In this document: piece by piece, positions 1 through 9,500 of the stretch | How positions within the stretch are numbered: the stretch's first letter is position 1 | Layout: every line of letters begins with the position of its first letter | From: Deinococcales bacterium | GTDB lineage: Bacteria > Deinococcota > Deinococci > Deinococcales > JAAFIG01 | Direction: 5' to 3' | Assembly (NCBI GenBank): GCA_043778225.1 | Contig: JAYWGM010000084.1 | Span: 1-16,414 of the forward strand | Length of the DNA: 16,414 nucleotides | Program-made: the position numbers and the translations under genes | The notes under the pieces: generated by a model | Database searches by the model: none | What the model saw: the letters and a program-made list of their open reading frames with translations, nothing else | Told to the model about the DNA's origin: nothing

Positions 1-97
1 TCCCGACTAAAAGGAGTATCAACAAATACCGTCTTTGACAGGTACGAAGCAATCCGCGTTTTTTGCGGATTGCATAGTATCTAAATAAAGACGGTAT
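1..97. repeat. Hairpin repeat / MITE-like element (right part; probably continues left of the window)
   Basis: Perfect 11-bp inverted repeat ATACCGTCTTT (26-36) / AAAGACGGTAT (87-97) enclosing AGGTAC/GTATCT (40-45/77-82, one G-U pair) and a perfect GCAATCCGC/GCGGATTGC stem (49-57/65-73). It is preceded by CCCGACTAAAAGGAGT. The ATAC...GTAT ends and the CCGAC-n-GGAG motif recall Deinococcus/Meiothermus small non-coding repeats (from memory, not searched). Confidence 0.65.
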
Positions 98-265
98 AAT
101 TCCCGTGTTGGTGCGGTTTTCTTCAGATAAGCCCTGAGTGCGGTCATGGAATCCGTGTACCGCTCGAGTACCGCCATGTTTTTTAAGTACCGCGTATTCT
201 GCTTCTAGCACCTCGAGCAGCAACCATTGCTCGAGGTGGAGTGTGCGGATTTCGTTCCAGTCCAT
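98..265 (-). pseudogene. Small hypothetical-protein pseudogene (frameshifted, 3' end cut by the repeat)
   Basis: ATG at 265 lies 6 nt after TACACT (277-272) and reads MDWNEIRTLHLEQWLLLEVLEAEY. After a +1 shift near the A6 run (184-179) it reads KNMAVLERYTDSMTALRAYLKKTAPTRELY and then enters the repeat at 97. Together the halves resemble a small uncharacterised family of pattern MxWxEIR..QWLL.E...AV.....DS..A...Y....P.RELY (recalled, not searched). Confidence 0.55.
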
Positions 266-390
266 GGTAGGAGTGTACATCAAGAGTGTTCAGTGTTTTC
301 TCGAGCTTCCCAATACCGATGCTTGGCAACCCAAGCTCGAGACTGCTCACCTCTTCACAAATTCCTCAGTTAAGGCGCATAATAAAGGCT

Positions 391-564
391 ATGGAATTTA
401 AACTTATTTCTGCTCCAGACCAAGAAATCTTTGAGAACCGTTTGCGTGACTTTATCGAAAGTCTTGGACGCAGTGCCACGATTGGCAACATCAACTTTTC
501 CACCGCCGTGATGCAAAATGGTGAAGTGATGTACAGCGTTTTGGTGGCGTTCCGCCGCGCCTAA
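391..564 (+). CDS. Small conserved hypothetical protein (57 aa, possibly DUF2758/Cse60-like beta-alpha-beta-beta)
   Basis: MEFKLISAPDQEIFENRLRDFIESL...INFSTAV...YSVLVAFRRA. ATG at 391 sits 7 nt after CATAAT (378-383). The 286 start in the ORF track adds a non-protein-like extension. Confidence 0.7.
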   Translation: MEFKLISAPDQEIFENRLRDFIESLGRSATIGNINFSTAVMQNGEVMYSVLVAFRRA

Positions 565-624
565 CAGCCATTTCTCATGCGATTCCTCACATAAAACAAT
601 GGGGGTATGGCGTAAAGTAGAGGT

Positions 625-1398
625 GTGACCATTGCTGCTCTAGCTCCTACGTTTAATCCTGCGCCGCAAAACGCCCCTTTTTTGGTGGCTCGAGGGCTGC
701 ACAAGCGCTTTGGACAACGTGAAGTGGTGGCTGGGGTTGACCTTGAGTTAGCTCGAGGCGAAATCGTGGCGCTTTTTGGTCCAAACGGGGCTGGCAAGAC
801 CACCACTTTTTATATGATGGTTGGCTTTGTTAAACCCAATTCGGGGACAATTCATTTGTCGCAAGCCGATATTACGCGCTTACCGATGCACTCGCGGGCT
901 CGTTTGGGTTTAGGTTATTTGCCCCAAGAACCCAGTGCTTTTCGCAAAATGACGGCTCGAGATAATTTACTCGCCATTCTCGAGTACCAAAAATTAACTC
1001 CAACCGAGCGGATGGACAAAGCCAATTCTTTACTCGAGGAGTTTCAGTTGTCGCACCTCGCCGATAAAATGGCGTACACGCTGTCGGGTGGCGAACGGCG
1101 ACGGCTCGAGATTGCCCGTAGCCTGACCACCAATCCAGATTTTATTTTACTCGATGAGCCTTTTACCGGTGTGGACCCAAAAAGTGTCCGCGAAATCCAG
1201 CGCTTGATTCGTGAACTGCGCGAAAAACGTGGGCTTGGGGTTTTTATCACCGACCATGCGGTGCGCGAAACCGTGGCGATTACTGACCGCGTTTATTTGA
1301 TGTGGGATGGTAAGGTGGTCTTTAAGGGAACACCCGAAGAGTTTGCTCGCAATTCTGAAGTCCGTCAGTATTACTTGGGCGAGGAGTTTGAATTATAA
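625..1398 (+). CDS. lptB: LptB-family ABC transporter ATP-binding protein
   Basis: Walker [10 protein letters not shown], LptB-typical [16 protein letters not shown], signature [13 protein letters not shown], Walker [14 protein letters not shown]-loop ITDH, C-terminal YLGEEF. Confidence 0.93.
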   Translation: MTIAALAPTFNPAPQNAPFLVARGLHKRFGQREVVAGVDLELARGEIVALFGPNGAGKTTTFYMMVGFVKPNSGTIHLSQADITRLPMHSRARLGLGYLPQEPSAFRKMTARDNLLAILEYQKLTPTERMDKANSLLEEFQLSHLADKMAYTLSGGERRRLEIARSLTTNPDFILLDEPFTGVDPKSVREIQRLIRELREKRGLGVFITDHAVRETVAITDRVYLMWDGKVVFKGTPEEFARNSEVRQYYLGEEFEL

Positions 1399-3120
1399 AT
1401 GTTGCTTTTTTGGGTGCTGTTGGTCTTAGGGGTTGCCTTAATTGGTGGCTCGATTGCTTGGCTTGGCGATTCGGTCGGGCGGCGTGTCGGGCGTAAACAC
1501 TTGCGCTTATTTGGTTTGCGCCCCAAAACCACTGGTTTGGTGGTTGCCATCAGCAGTGGTGTTTTGGTAGCACTGGCGACTGTTGGCACAGTTTCGCTTT
1601 TGGCACGCAGCACTGTAGACAATGCCCTAAAAGCCCCAGAAATGCGCTTGGAACTCGAGCAACTAAAAGGCAGCATCAAGAATATCAACAATGAGTATCA
1701 GAGCAGTAAAAATAAACTGATGAAAATGCTCGACCAGAGTCAACTCGAGCAGCAAGAATTTGAACGGATTCGCAACGAACTCCAAGCCCGACAAGACGAA
1801 CTCAGTGCTACAACTGCCTTAAATGGGCGTTTGGATGCCAGAATCCTTGGCTTAGAAACCGAACGCAATACCTTGGGAACACAAATTAAAAGTAAAACAG
1901 CCGAACTCCAACGCCTTGGTCTCGAGTCTAGCCAGCGCATTGACACGCTTCGCAAAGAATTAAAAACCTTAGAAACCCAGCGCAGCGAATCCACCAACCA
2001 AATTCAGCGTCTCAATACACAGCGTAACCAATTGCAGTCACGAATTAAAACCCTAGCTACAGAACGTACCGAACTCGAGAATAAAGTCGCCACAGCCCAA
2101 ACCGCAACCAATCAGGCATTGGCGCAACAACGCAGCCTCGAGACGACCGTCAACAATCTTGAAACCAACGTCAGCAACCTTGAAGCCGGACGCAAGAAAC
2201 TCGAGGCACAACAGAGCCAACTCGAGGCACAGCGCAACCAATTACAAAGCGAAAGTAACCAACTCAAAACCGAGCGCAATCAACTCAGTGCTTCGGTTGG
2301 ACAACTCGAGAATCAATCAGCGCAGTTAAAAAATCAATCCGATGTTTTAAGAAACGAGCGCAGTAAGCTCGAAAGCGACATCCGCGAACTAAATCAGACC
2401 CGTACCTCCTTGGAAGCCAGTGTCAATCGTTTAGAAACCCAAAATACGGCTTTAACGCAGCAACTCAATCGTGCCGAAAGCGAACTGCGCGATGCCCAAG
2501 AAGCCTTAGCCCAAGCCACCAGTGGTAATTTTATTTACCGTCAAGGCGATTTGGTGGCGCAACTGGTACTCGAGTCAAATTCAGCCGAAACACTGCGCGA
2601 CCAATTACAAAAATGGCTCAAACAAGCCTCACAAATTGCCCAAGGGCGTGGGGCAACCCGCAATAAAGCGGTGGTCTTAAAACCCAGCGCCGATTTAGAC
2701 CCGTACATTGCCCTCGCCCAAAAAAGTAAAGGCGCAGATTTGGTGCTGATGCGAACCTCGCGCAGTGTCACCCAGACTGGCTTAGAATTGCCAGTCACGC
2801 TCGAGGTTAAATCTAACGATGTTCTTTTTAGCAGTGGTCAACCGCTTCGTTCTCGAGAAATCAGCTTGGGTACAGGCAACAAACCCAACTCGAGTTGGCG
2901 GGTGGCATTTGAGAATTTGGTGCGCGAGACCGAACGAGATTTAATTGAACGCGGCGTACCAAAAGAAAATATCCCCGCGACTTTGGTTTCTAGTGCCGAA
3001 CTGACCGCCTTTATTGCCCAACTCGAGAGTCTGAGTGGTACGGTCTGGATTGCAGTCGCAGCGCGGCGCGATATTACACCGGCTGGACCTGTGCAGGTTT
3101 ATTTAAGTTTAATGCGCTGA
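1399..3120 (+). CDS. DUF3084-type membrane-anchored long coiled-coil protein
   Basis: Two N-terminal hydrophobic segments flanking IAWLGDSVGRRVGRKHLRLFGLRPKTT (DUF3084-like), about 290 aa of heptad coiled coil, then a globular C-terminus. Starts immediately after the lptB stop (TAA-ATG, 0 nt gap). Confidence 0.85.
   Translation: MLLFWVLLVLGVALIGGSIAWLGDSVGRRVGRKHLRLFGLRPKTTGLVVAISSGVLVALATVGTVSLLARSTVDNALKAPEMRLELEQLKGSIKNINNEYQSSKNKLMKMLDQSQLEQQEFERIRNELQARQDELSATTALNGRLDARILGLETERNTLGTQIKSKTAELQRLGLESSQRIDTLRKELKTLETQRSESTNQIQRLNTQRNQLQSRIKTLATERTELENKVATAQTATNQALAQQRSLETTVNNLETNVSNLEAGRKKLEAQQSQLEAQRNQLQSESNQLKTERNQLSASVGQLENQSAQLKNQSDVLRNERSKLESDIRELNQTRTSLEASVNRLETQNTALTQQLNRAESELRDAQEALAQATSGNFIYRQGDLVAQLVLESNSAETLRDQLQKWLKQASQIAQGRGATRNKAVVLKPSADLDPYIALAQKSKGADLVLMRTSRSVTQTGLELPVTLEVKSNDVLFSSGQPLRSREISLGTGNKPNSSWRVAFENLVRETERDLIERGVPKENIPATLVSSAELTAFIAQLESLSGTVWIAVAARRDITPAGPVQVYLSLMR
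2200..2241 (+). repeat. 21-bp tandem duplication (one heptad) inside the coiled coil
   Basis: CTCGAGGCACAACAGAGCCAA (2200-2220) followed by CTCGAGGCACAGCGCAACCAA (2221-2241), encoding LEAQQSQ-LEAQRNQ. Confidence 0.7.
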
Positions 3121-5175
3121 CTAGCGATTATAAAACCGTATCATGGCTTGACGTTGCTTGGTTATCATCGAGGAGGCTACGCCCGTGGTCTGCACCAGCG
3201 TCATGGTAATTCCAATCCCCGAAGCTGGCGGAATCACTTCTGCGACGTTGTTATTTTGGCTGTAAATACCAATAAAATCTCCACCGTTAAGCAGATTATC
3301 GCCATTGACATCTTTGATTGCCGCCATCAGGTATGAGCCACTTGCCAAATTAGGAAAAGTGTAATTGGTACTCGAGCCAGTACCCGCTAAGACCACAACT
3401 TTACTTTTTGTGGTATCGCAATCATCGGTCGCCACCAAATAAAAACACGCCAATACCTCTGTGCCTGCAATGCTTGGCGCAACGACTGGCGAACTTTGTA
3501 CATTGACAGCTAAGGCTGCTTTTCGCACCAAATTGCCAGATGTCCCCTGAATGGTGATGTTATAAGTACCTACCCCAACCGTGGCGGTCAGCACCATGGT
3601 CAGAATTGAATTATTTTGGCTAAAAGTCATCCCGTTTGGCGCACCACCAACCGCCAAAGCAACCGACCCATTAAAGCCACCAACGCTGTCAATCGTCAAA
3701 GCAATTTGGGTACTCGAGCTTGGCAGTACCCGCAGACTCGAGGGGTTGAGGCTAAGACTAAAGTCTGGTGGAGTCGTACCAACACTCAGGGCTTGCAAGG
3801 CAGCTTGGGCATCAATTAGACCCGCACCACAATCGCTCGAGGTTTTGGCTGTCCCAGAACCCGTGCATTTAGTTGGAGTTAAACTTCGGGCGGTGCGGGT
3901 CAGAATTTCGAGCGCCCGCGCAAAAATCAGGCTTGGGTCACGGCTTTTCATTAAGGCAAGCACGCCAGCCACGTGTGGGGCTGCCATTGAAGTGCCTTGT
4001 AAGTAGCGAAAATTAAATTGACTGGTGGTGTCATTGCGCCCAATACTCAGTACGCCATCTGGAAAACCATCATTGTTCAGGTCTTGACTCGAGTCACCTC
4101 CAGGTGCCATCACATCTATACGTGCGCCAAAATTACTGTACGGCGCTCGAGCATCGAGAAAATCGGTTGCCCCAACCGTGATGACCCCACTGCAACTGGC
4201 AGGGGTAAATTGTGAAGCGTCCAAGTTATCGTTCCCAGCCGCCACAACAATCATCTTTCCGGCAGCGTTAATCGCATTGATCGTTTCTTGATAAGCAGGT
4301 GATTGAGCGCAGTTGTACTTACCACCCAAGCTCATATTGAGAATAGCTGCTGGATTGGGATTTGCCACCACGCCAACCACCGACAAGCCAGCCGCCCAGC
4401 GCATGGCATCAAAAATATCGGAAGACGAGCCTCCACCAACCCCCAAAACCCGTACTGGTAAAATTTTTGCACCCCACGAAACACCAGCCACCCCAATGCC
4501 ATTGTTGGTTGCAGCCGCCACAGTTCCTGCCACGTGCGAACCGTGGTAGCTGCCGCCAGCCCGATCTTCTGGATTATTATCTCGCCCATTGCCATCATTA
4601 GCCCGTTGAGGGTCTGAGATAAAGTCAAACCCAGGCAGAAGTTTCCCAACAAAATCCGGATGCCCACCCAGAATACCCGAGTCAATCACCGCCACCGTTA
4701 CGGCATTGCTCTCGCCTTTTTCGATGTCCCAGGCTTGGGGTAAATTGATGTTCTGGTAATGCCATTGCGAACTAAAAAACTCGTCATTGGGTACAGCCAC
4801 TGCTTGCATGATGTAATTCGGTTGCGCCCAGACCACATCGGCTCGAGCTTGCAGGGCTTGCACCACACCACCCACATCGGCGCTACTCGAGCGCATCAGG
4901 CGAGCGTTCTCGAGACCCAAAGCCCGAACATTTTGCAAGGTTGCCCCAGACACTTGTAAACTCGAGGCATTCTGTGCCGAGAGACCACTTTTGAATTTAA
5001 CCAGCACTTCGTTTGGTACAAAAGGCGCATCTGAACCCGAAGAACTCGAGGCTATGGTCACTGTACCCGAAATGCTTTTATTGACCATAGGTGGTGGGTC
5101 AACCACAGGTGGGGTACTCCCTCCGCAAGCAATGAGCGTTGCTATTAAGCCCAAACCAATCAATCGGTTTTTCAT
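3121..5175 (-). CDS. Lipoprotein S8 (subtilisin-like) serine peptidase with C-terminal beta-sandwich domains
   Basis: Signal/lipobox MKNRLIGLGLIATLIA-C; prodomain FVPNEVLVKFK; catalytic motifs VAVIDSG, YHGSHVAG, GTSMAAPHVAG; oxyanion AAGN; C-terminal DFSLSLNP Ig-like repeat and DVNGDN Ca-binding-like loop. Start 5175 is preferred over 5184 because CATAAT (5188-5183) lies 7 nt upstream. Confidence 0.92.
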   Translation of the reverse strand: MKNRLIGLGLIATLIACGGSTPPVVDPPPMVNKSISGTVTIASSSSGSDAPFVPNEVLVKFKSGLSAQNASSLQVSGATLQNVRALGLENARLMRSSSADVGGVVQALQARADVVWAQPNYIMQAVAVPNDEFFSSQWHYQNINLPQAWDIEKGESNAVTVAVIDSGILGGHPDFVGKLLPGFDFISDPQRANDGNGRDNNPEDRAGGSYHGSHVAGTVAAATNNGIGVAGVSWGAKILPVRVLGVGGGSSSDIFDAMRWAAGLSVVGVVANPNPAAILNMSLGGKYNCAQSPAYQETINAINAAGKMIVVAAGNDNLDASQFTPASCSGVITVGATDFLDARAPYSNFGARIDVMAPGGDSSQDLNNDGFPDGVLSIGRNDTTSQFNFRYLQGTSMAAPHVAGVLALMKSRDPSLIFARALEILTRTARSLTPTKCTGSGTAKTSSDCGAGLIDAQAALQALSVGTTPPDFSLSLNPSSLRVLPSSSTQIALTIDSVGGFNGSVALAVGGAPNGMTFSQNNSILTMVLTATVGVGTYNITIQGTSGNLVRKAALAVNVQSSPVVAPSIAGTEVLACFYLVATDDCDTTKSKVVVLAGTGSSTNYTFPNLASGSYLMAAIKDVNGDNLLNGGDFIGIYSQNNNVAEVIPPASGIGITMTLVQTTGVASSMITKQRQAMIRFYNR

Positions 5176-5247
5176 AAAAACCATTATGCCTTAGTTTTTG
5201 CGTTTCATCGCAAAATGATATTTTTAATCCATCTGTCACGCAAATAA

Positions 5248-5817
5248 CTAAAGCAATTCAAGGAACTCTTGAATCACAAAAGCGGTCATGCCCCAAATAT
5301 CCACGCCCTGCCAATAATAATGCAGCACAGCCCGTTCACGAGTCTCAAAATGTGGCACTCGAGCCGAAAGCGGCAAGGTTTTTTGCTCATAAATTGGGTT
5401 TAGCTGTTGTAAATCTGTAATCGGCACATACAGCATTTGGGCAACTTCGGCAGGATTAGGTTTTAGAACACTTATACTCGAGACCACGCCAACCACTGGC
5501 ACAACATGAAACCCAGCCGGAGTCCAGACATCATCAAGTAGCCCTAAAACCTTAACCAGATTTGGCTCGAGTCCAATTTCTTCATGCGCCTCACGCAGAG
5601 CGGCTTCGATTGGTGTTTCGGCAGCATCTAAGCTACCACCAGCAAAAGCAATTTGACCTGAATGGGTGCTGAGGTTACTGGCGCGTTGGGTTAAAATCAG
5701 GCATGGCTCTGGCTCGAGCAGGATGGCAACCAGCACGGCGGCTTTTCTGAATTCTGGCAACTCGAGAATACGCCTCTGACGATTTGCTATCTTCTGCTCA
5801 AGCTGGGCTAGATTCAT
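5248..5817 (-). CDS. Nudix hydrolase, CoA pyrophosphatase (NudL/PCD1-like) subfamily
   Basis: NuCoA-like motif LILTQRASNLSTHSGQIAFAGG followed by Nudix box GSLDAAETPIEAALREAHEEIGL, then NPAEV and IWGMTA. Overlaps the mazG stop by 4 nt (ATGA). Confidence 0.9.
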   Translation of the reverse strand: MNLAQLEQKIANRQRRILELPEFRKAAVLVAILLEPEPCLILTQRASNLSTHSGQIAFAGGSLDAAETPIEAALREAHEEIGLEPNLVKVLGLLDDVWTPAGFHVVPVVGVVSSISVLKPNPAEVAQMLYVPITDLQQLNPIYEQKTLPLSARVPHFETRERAVLHYYWQGVDIWGMTAFVIQEFLELL

Positions 5818-6455
5818 GACAAATTCGTGGCTTTAGTAACAGCACTCTGGACTTGCATCTCCAGACGCTCACGCAGAATCACTTCCGAATTGACCCCCGT
5901 CGAACGCGCCCACGCCACGACCGCCTCAAGGACTGCTGCGATGCTGCTGACATCATCGTCGCCGTTTTCTAGGGCAGCAATTACGGCGCGTCTCGAGCCT
6001 TGCCCAACTTCGAGCGCTTTATGGATTTCATGGGTTCGTGCCAAAGCACCAAGGGCTTTGGGGACGCGCTCAGCAGGATGAAGTTCGGGTTTACCAGCCC
6101 GCTCAAGGGCTTTGATGTCGTTCCAATTTTGCACCACTTGAGCAGACCCCGAGACTTCAGTTGTTCCAAAAACATGAGGATGACGACGAATCAGCTTTTC
6201 GACGATTGCATTCTCGACCGTTTCGTAGGTAAAGCTACTTGTCTCTTCGGCAATTACACTATGAAAGGCAACTTGCAACAGCACATCACCCAATTCGGCT
6301 GCCAGTTCTAAGCGGTCTGGATTCGAGACTGCATCCACTGCCTCGGCAGCTTCCTCGAGTAAATACGGGCGCAGTGACTCGTGGGTTTGTTCAATATCCC
6401 ACGGACAACCGTCAGGGGCGCGTAAACGGCGCATAATTTCCAGCAAACGATTCAT
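5814..6455 (-). CDS. mazG: MazG-family nucleoside triphosphate pyrophosphohydrolase
   Basis: LRAPDGCPWDIEQTHESLRPYLLEEAAE, ELGDVLLQVAFHS, KLIRRHPHVF. The second MazG domain is short and degenerate. Confidence 0.9.
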   Translation of the reverse strand: MNRLLEIMRRLRAPDGCPWDIEQTHESLRPYLLEEAAEAVDAVSNPDRLELAAELGDVLLQVAFHSVIAEETSSFTYETVENAIVEKLIRRHPHVFGTTEVSGSAQVVQNWNDIKALERAGKPELHPAERVPKALGALARTHEIHKALEVGQGSRRAVIAALENGDDDVSSIAAVLEAVVAWARSTGVNSEVILRERLEMQVQSAVTKATNLS

Positions 6456-6598
6456 AGAAAAACCTTCATGGGTTGCATCCTAACTCGAGAAAGAAAAAAT
6501 TGCAGTATTGGGATGACCCTCTCCCAACTGTCTTGACCACCAAAGCAGTGAGACCAAATACACAAAAGTGTCATCCAAATCGGTCATAATAAGAATTC

Positions 6599-9500
6599 AT
6601 GACGGTTGCCACCAGCCAACGCTATCAGTTTGTCCGTGAACTCGGGGCTGGCGCAATGGGTCAAGTTTCCTTGGCATTGGATACCCAAACCGGCACATTG
6701 GTGGCAATTAAAAAAATGCACGAGATGGTGGCGCTAACTGGTGGCGCTCGAATGCGCCGCGAGTTCAGGTCGTTATCGCAAATAGACCACCCAAACGTGG
6801 TGCGGGTTCTCGAGCTAGGCGAAGAACGCGGGATGCCATTTTTGGTGATGGAGTTTATCAAAGGGCAGGATTTATCCGATTGGCTTGGCACAAATCCAGA
6901 TTTCCCAACAATTGCCAAGATGTTTGCTGGAATTGCTGGCGCACTTGGGGCAGTTCACGAAAAAGGCGTGATTCACCGCGACCTTAAACCGGATAACATC
7001 CGTGTAACGACCGAAGGACAGCCTAAACTGATGGATTTTGGACTGGCAAAAACCATGGAAGGCACGGTCGCCTTGACCAAAGTTGGAGCGATGGTTGGCA
7101 CAGCCCTCTATATGGCACCCGAGCAATGCCGAGGCGCACAACTCGATTACCGCGCCGATTTATATGCCCTTGGGGCAGTGCTGTACTGGGCATTGACTGG
7201 GCAGCCACCATTTATGGGCGACAGCATTGTCCAAGTGATTATGCAGCATATTCAGCAAGCTCCTGTGCCGCCAAGAAGCCGCAACCCCAATATCCCCGAA
7301 AGCCTCGAGACGATTTGTTTAGCGCTGTTGGCAAAAAACCCTGCTGAACGCCCGAGCAGCGCCGCGTCCGTGCGTGAAGCCCTGCTCAGGGCATTAGAAG
7401 CACCGTTCTCGCAGACCATCCAACTCGAGGCGCAGTCGGCTCGAGCCGATGCGTTGCTGCTTGCGCCTTTGATTGGGCGGGAAAGCGAACTTGAGTCCTT
7501 GGCTGGTTTATTTGAAACTGGCTTGGGAGGCTTACATACTTTAGTCGGCGATGTTGGCACAGGTAAAACCCGACTTTTACGGGCGCTTGGCGAACGGGCT
7601 CAGATTTCTGGCGCTCGGCTTGGCATTGGCGAAGCGATTCAAGATGACCCAACCCCATTTGGAACAGTCAAACGTTTAATCGAAAACCTCGAGAAACACT
7701 ACCGCTTTATTTTTGATGAAGTCTCGGAGACCAGCCGTAGCGAATTGGCGCGTATTGCCCCACAATTTGGCAGCGCTCCGCCTTCGGATTCCAACCTGCC
7801 AGCCGAAGTCGCCCGACTGCGCTTATTTGAAGCCTTTACCGAACTTTTAGAGCGGGTCTCGAGCCTGACGGTTGTGGCGCTCGAGAACTTGCACTGGGCA
7901 GACGAGAGTACCCTCGCACTGTTGGCTCATGCCTTACGGGCTGCGCCAGATGCTCGCGTGATTATCAGCTACCGACTCGAGGATTTACCCGAAGGGCAAC
8001 TAGCTCCCAAAGGCTTCCCTAAGCCGCGTAAAACCATTCAGTTGACTGCCCTGACCGACGAGCAAATGCGTGAGTTACTACAAGCCCTGCTCGGCGGCGA
8101 AATCGAAACTGCCCTCGAGACCGAACTGGTTTCGCACGCTGGTGGCAACCCGTGGGTTTTAGAAGAACGCCTCAAAGCAATGCTCGAGAATGGCGCAATT
8201 CAACGCCGCGCCCAAGTCTATGAATGGAACAGAAGTCTGACAGGTGTTCCCGAAAGTCTTGGCGAATTGTTGGCGCATCGCTTGGCGGTTTTAGAGCCAA
8301 ATGTGCTTGAGTTTGCTCGGGCTGCCAGTATTTTAGGTCGGGCATTTTGGTTTGAAGATGCTCGAGCCATGCTCGACTGGAACGACGACGATGCTCTGGA
8401 TGCCTTAGAGAGTTTATCTCGAGCCAGATTGATTGCCGAAACGCCCGGCACAAACGGCGAAGGTTTTCGGTTTACCCACCCGATGTACAACGAACTGCTG
8501 CGCGAAGGCATCATGCGCTTAAAACGTAAACGCCTTCATGCCAAAGCTGCCACGCTGCGCTTAGGCAAAGCCGAACCACTCGAGCTTGCCGAGCATTGGT
8601 ACGCTGCCGAAAATTATCACCAAGCGCTCGAGTTTGCAATGCTGGCTGGTACAAGCGCCCAAGCTGCTTTTGCTTACCCACAAGCCGAACGGGCGTACCG
8701 CTTGGTTCTTGAGGCTGCCACCCATTTGGAAAACGACAACAGCGCCTCGGAAGCCCAGCAACTGCTGCGGATGCAAGCCAAGCACCATTTGGGCGAGGTC
8801 TTGAGTGCCTCTGGGAAAACAGCCGAAGCCCAAGATTTATGGCGCGATGTGATCGAACACGCCCAATGGTTGCCAAACAGCAGCGAGTTGATTGCTAAAG
8901 CCAAAGTCAACTTGGTTCGATTATTGCGTCAAGCAGGGTCAATAGAAACAGCCCTTGAGTTAATTGGTGAACCAAAAACGGAAGATGCCTTATTTACTCA
9001 ACTTAGTATTGAACTTGCAGCTACCTTACGTCAAAAAGATCCAAAAAAAGCCAGAGCGTATGCCCTTAGAGCGCTGACATACGCTAAGAAGCAAAACGAT
9101 TTTCTGGGCATTGCCCTTGCCCTTCGCAGTTTAGCAAAAACACTTGAAATAGGAAAACGAGCTATTTTTCTAGCAAAAAAAGCAGTTTTCTACGCATCGG
9201 AATCAACGAATGTTTACATTTTAGGAGCAATCTGGAACGATCTTGGCTTGGTCTATTACAATTCAAATGATCGAAAGAATGCCTTTGAGGCTTGGGAAAA
9301 TGCCCAAAAATATATTGAAACTGTTGGCGACATGAACTTACTGACCACCATCGAAACCAATAAAGCCTTGATTCTGATGCAGGAACTCAATTTTAACCAA
9401 GCCGAACAAATGTTTAACCGAACTGAACAGCTTTTTTCACGCATGGGGTTTGTTCAAAATGAACGATATGCCATCTATAATCGAGCCTTATGTTTGTATG

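Noticed and set aside
286..390. N-terminal extension of the 286..564 ORF
   Set aside because: Protein-like sequence begins at ATG 391, which has a -10 box 7 nt upstream; the extension lies in the divergent promoter region.
138..401. 87-aa plus-strand ORF
   Set aside because: Ser-rich, not protein-like; antisense shadow of the minus-strand pseudogene.
1640..2520. Periodic CTCGAG/CAACTC pattern as a possible CRISPR or DNA repeat array
   Set aside because: No constant 23-47 nt repeat with unique spacers; periodicity is explained by heptad coding, and no cas genes are present.
5196..5215. TTTTGCG-N6-CGCAAAA dyad as terminator of the nudix gene
   Set aside because: Only 3 GC pairs and no U-tract on the minus strand; too weak to call.
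5814..6455. MazG as part of an anti-phage or toxin-antitoxin module with the kinase
   Set aside because: Housekeeping-type MazG coupled to a Nudix gene and transcribed divergently from the kinase; no mazEF or other defence genes.
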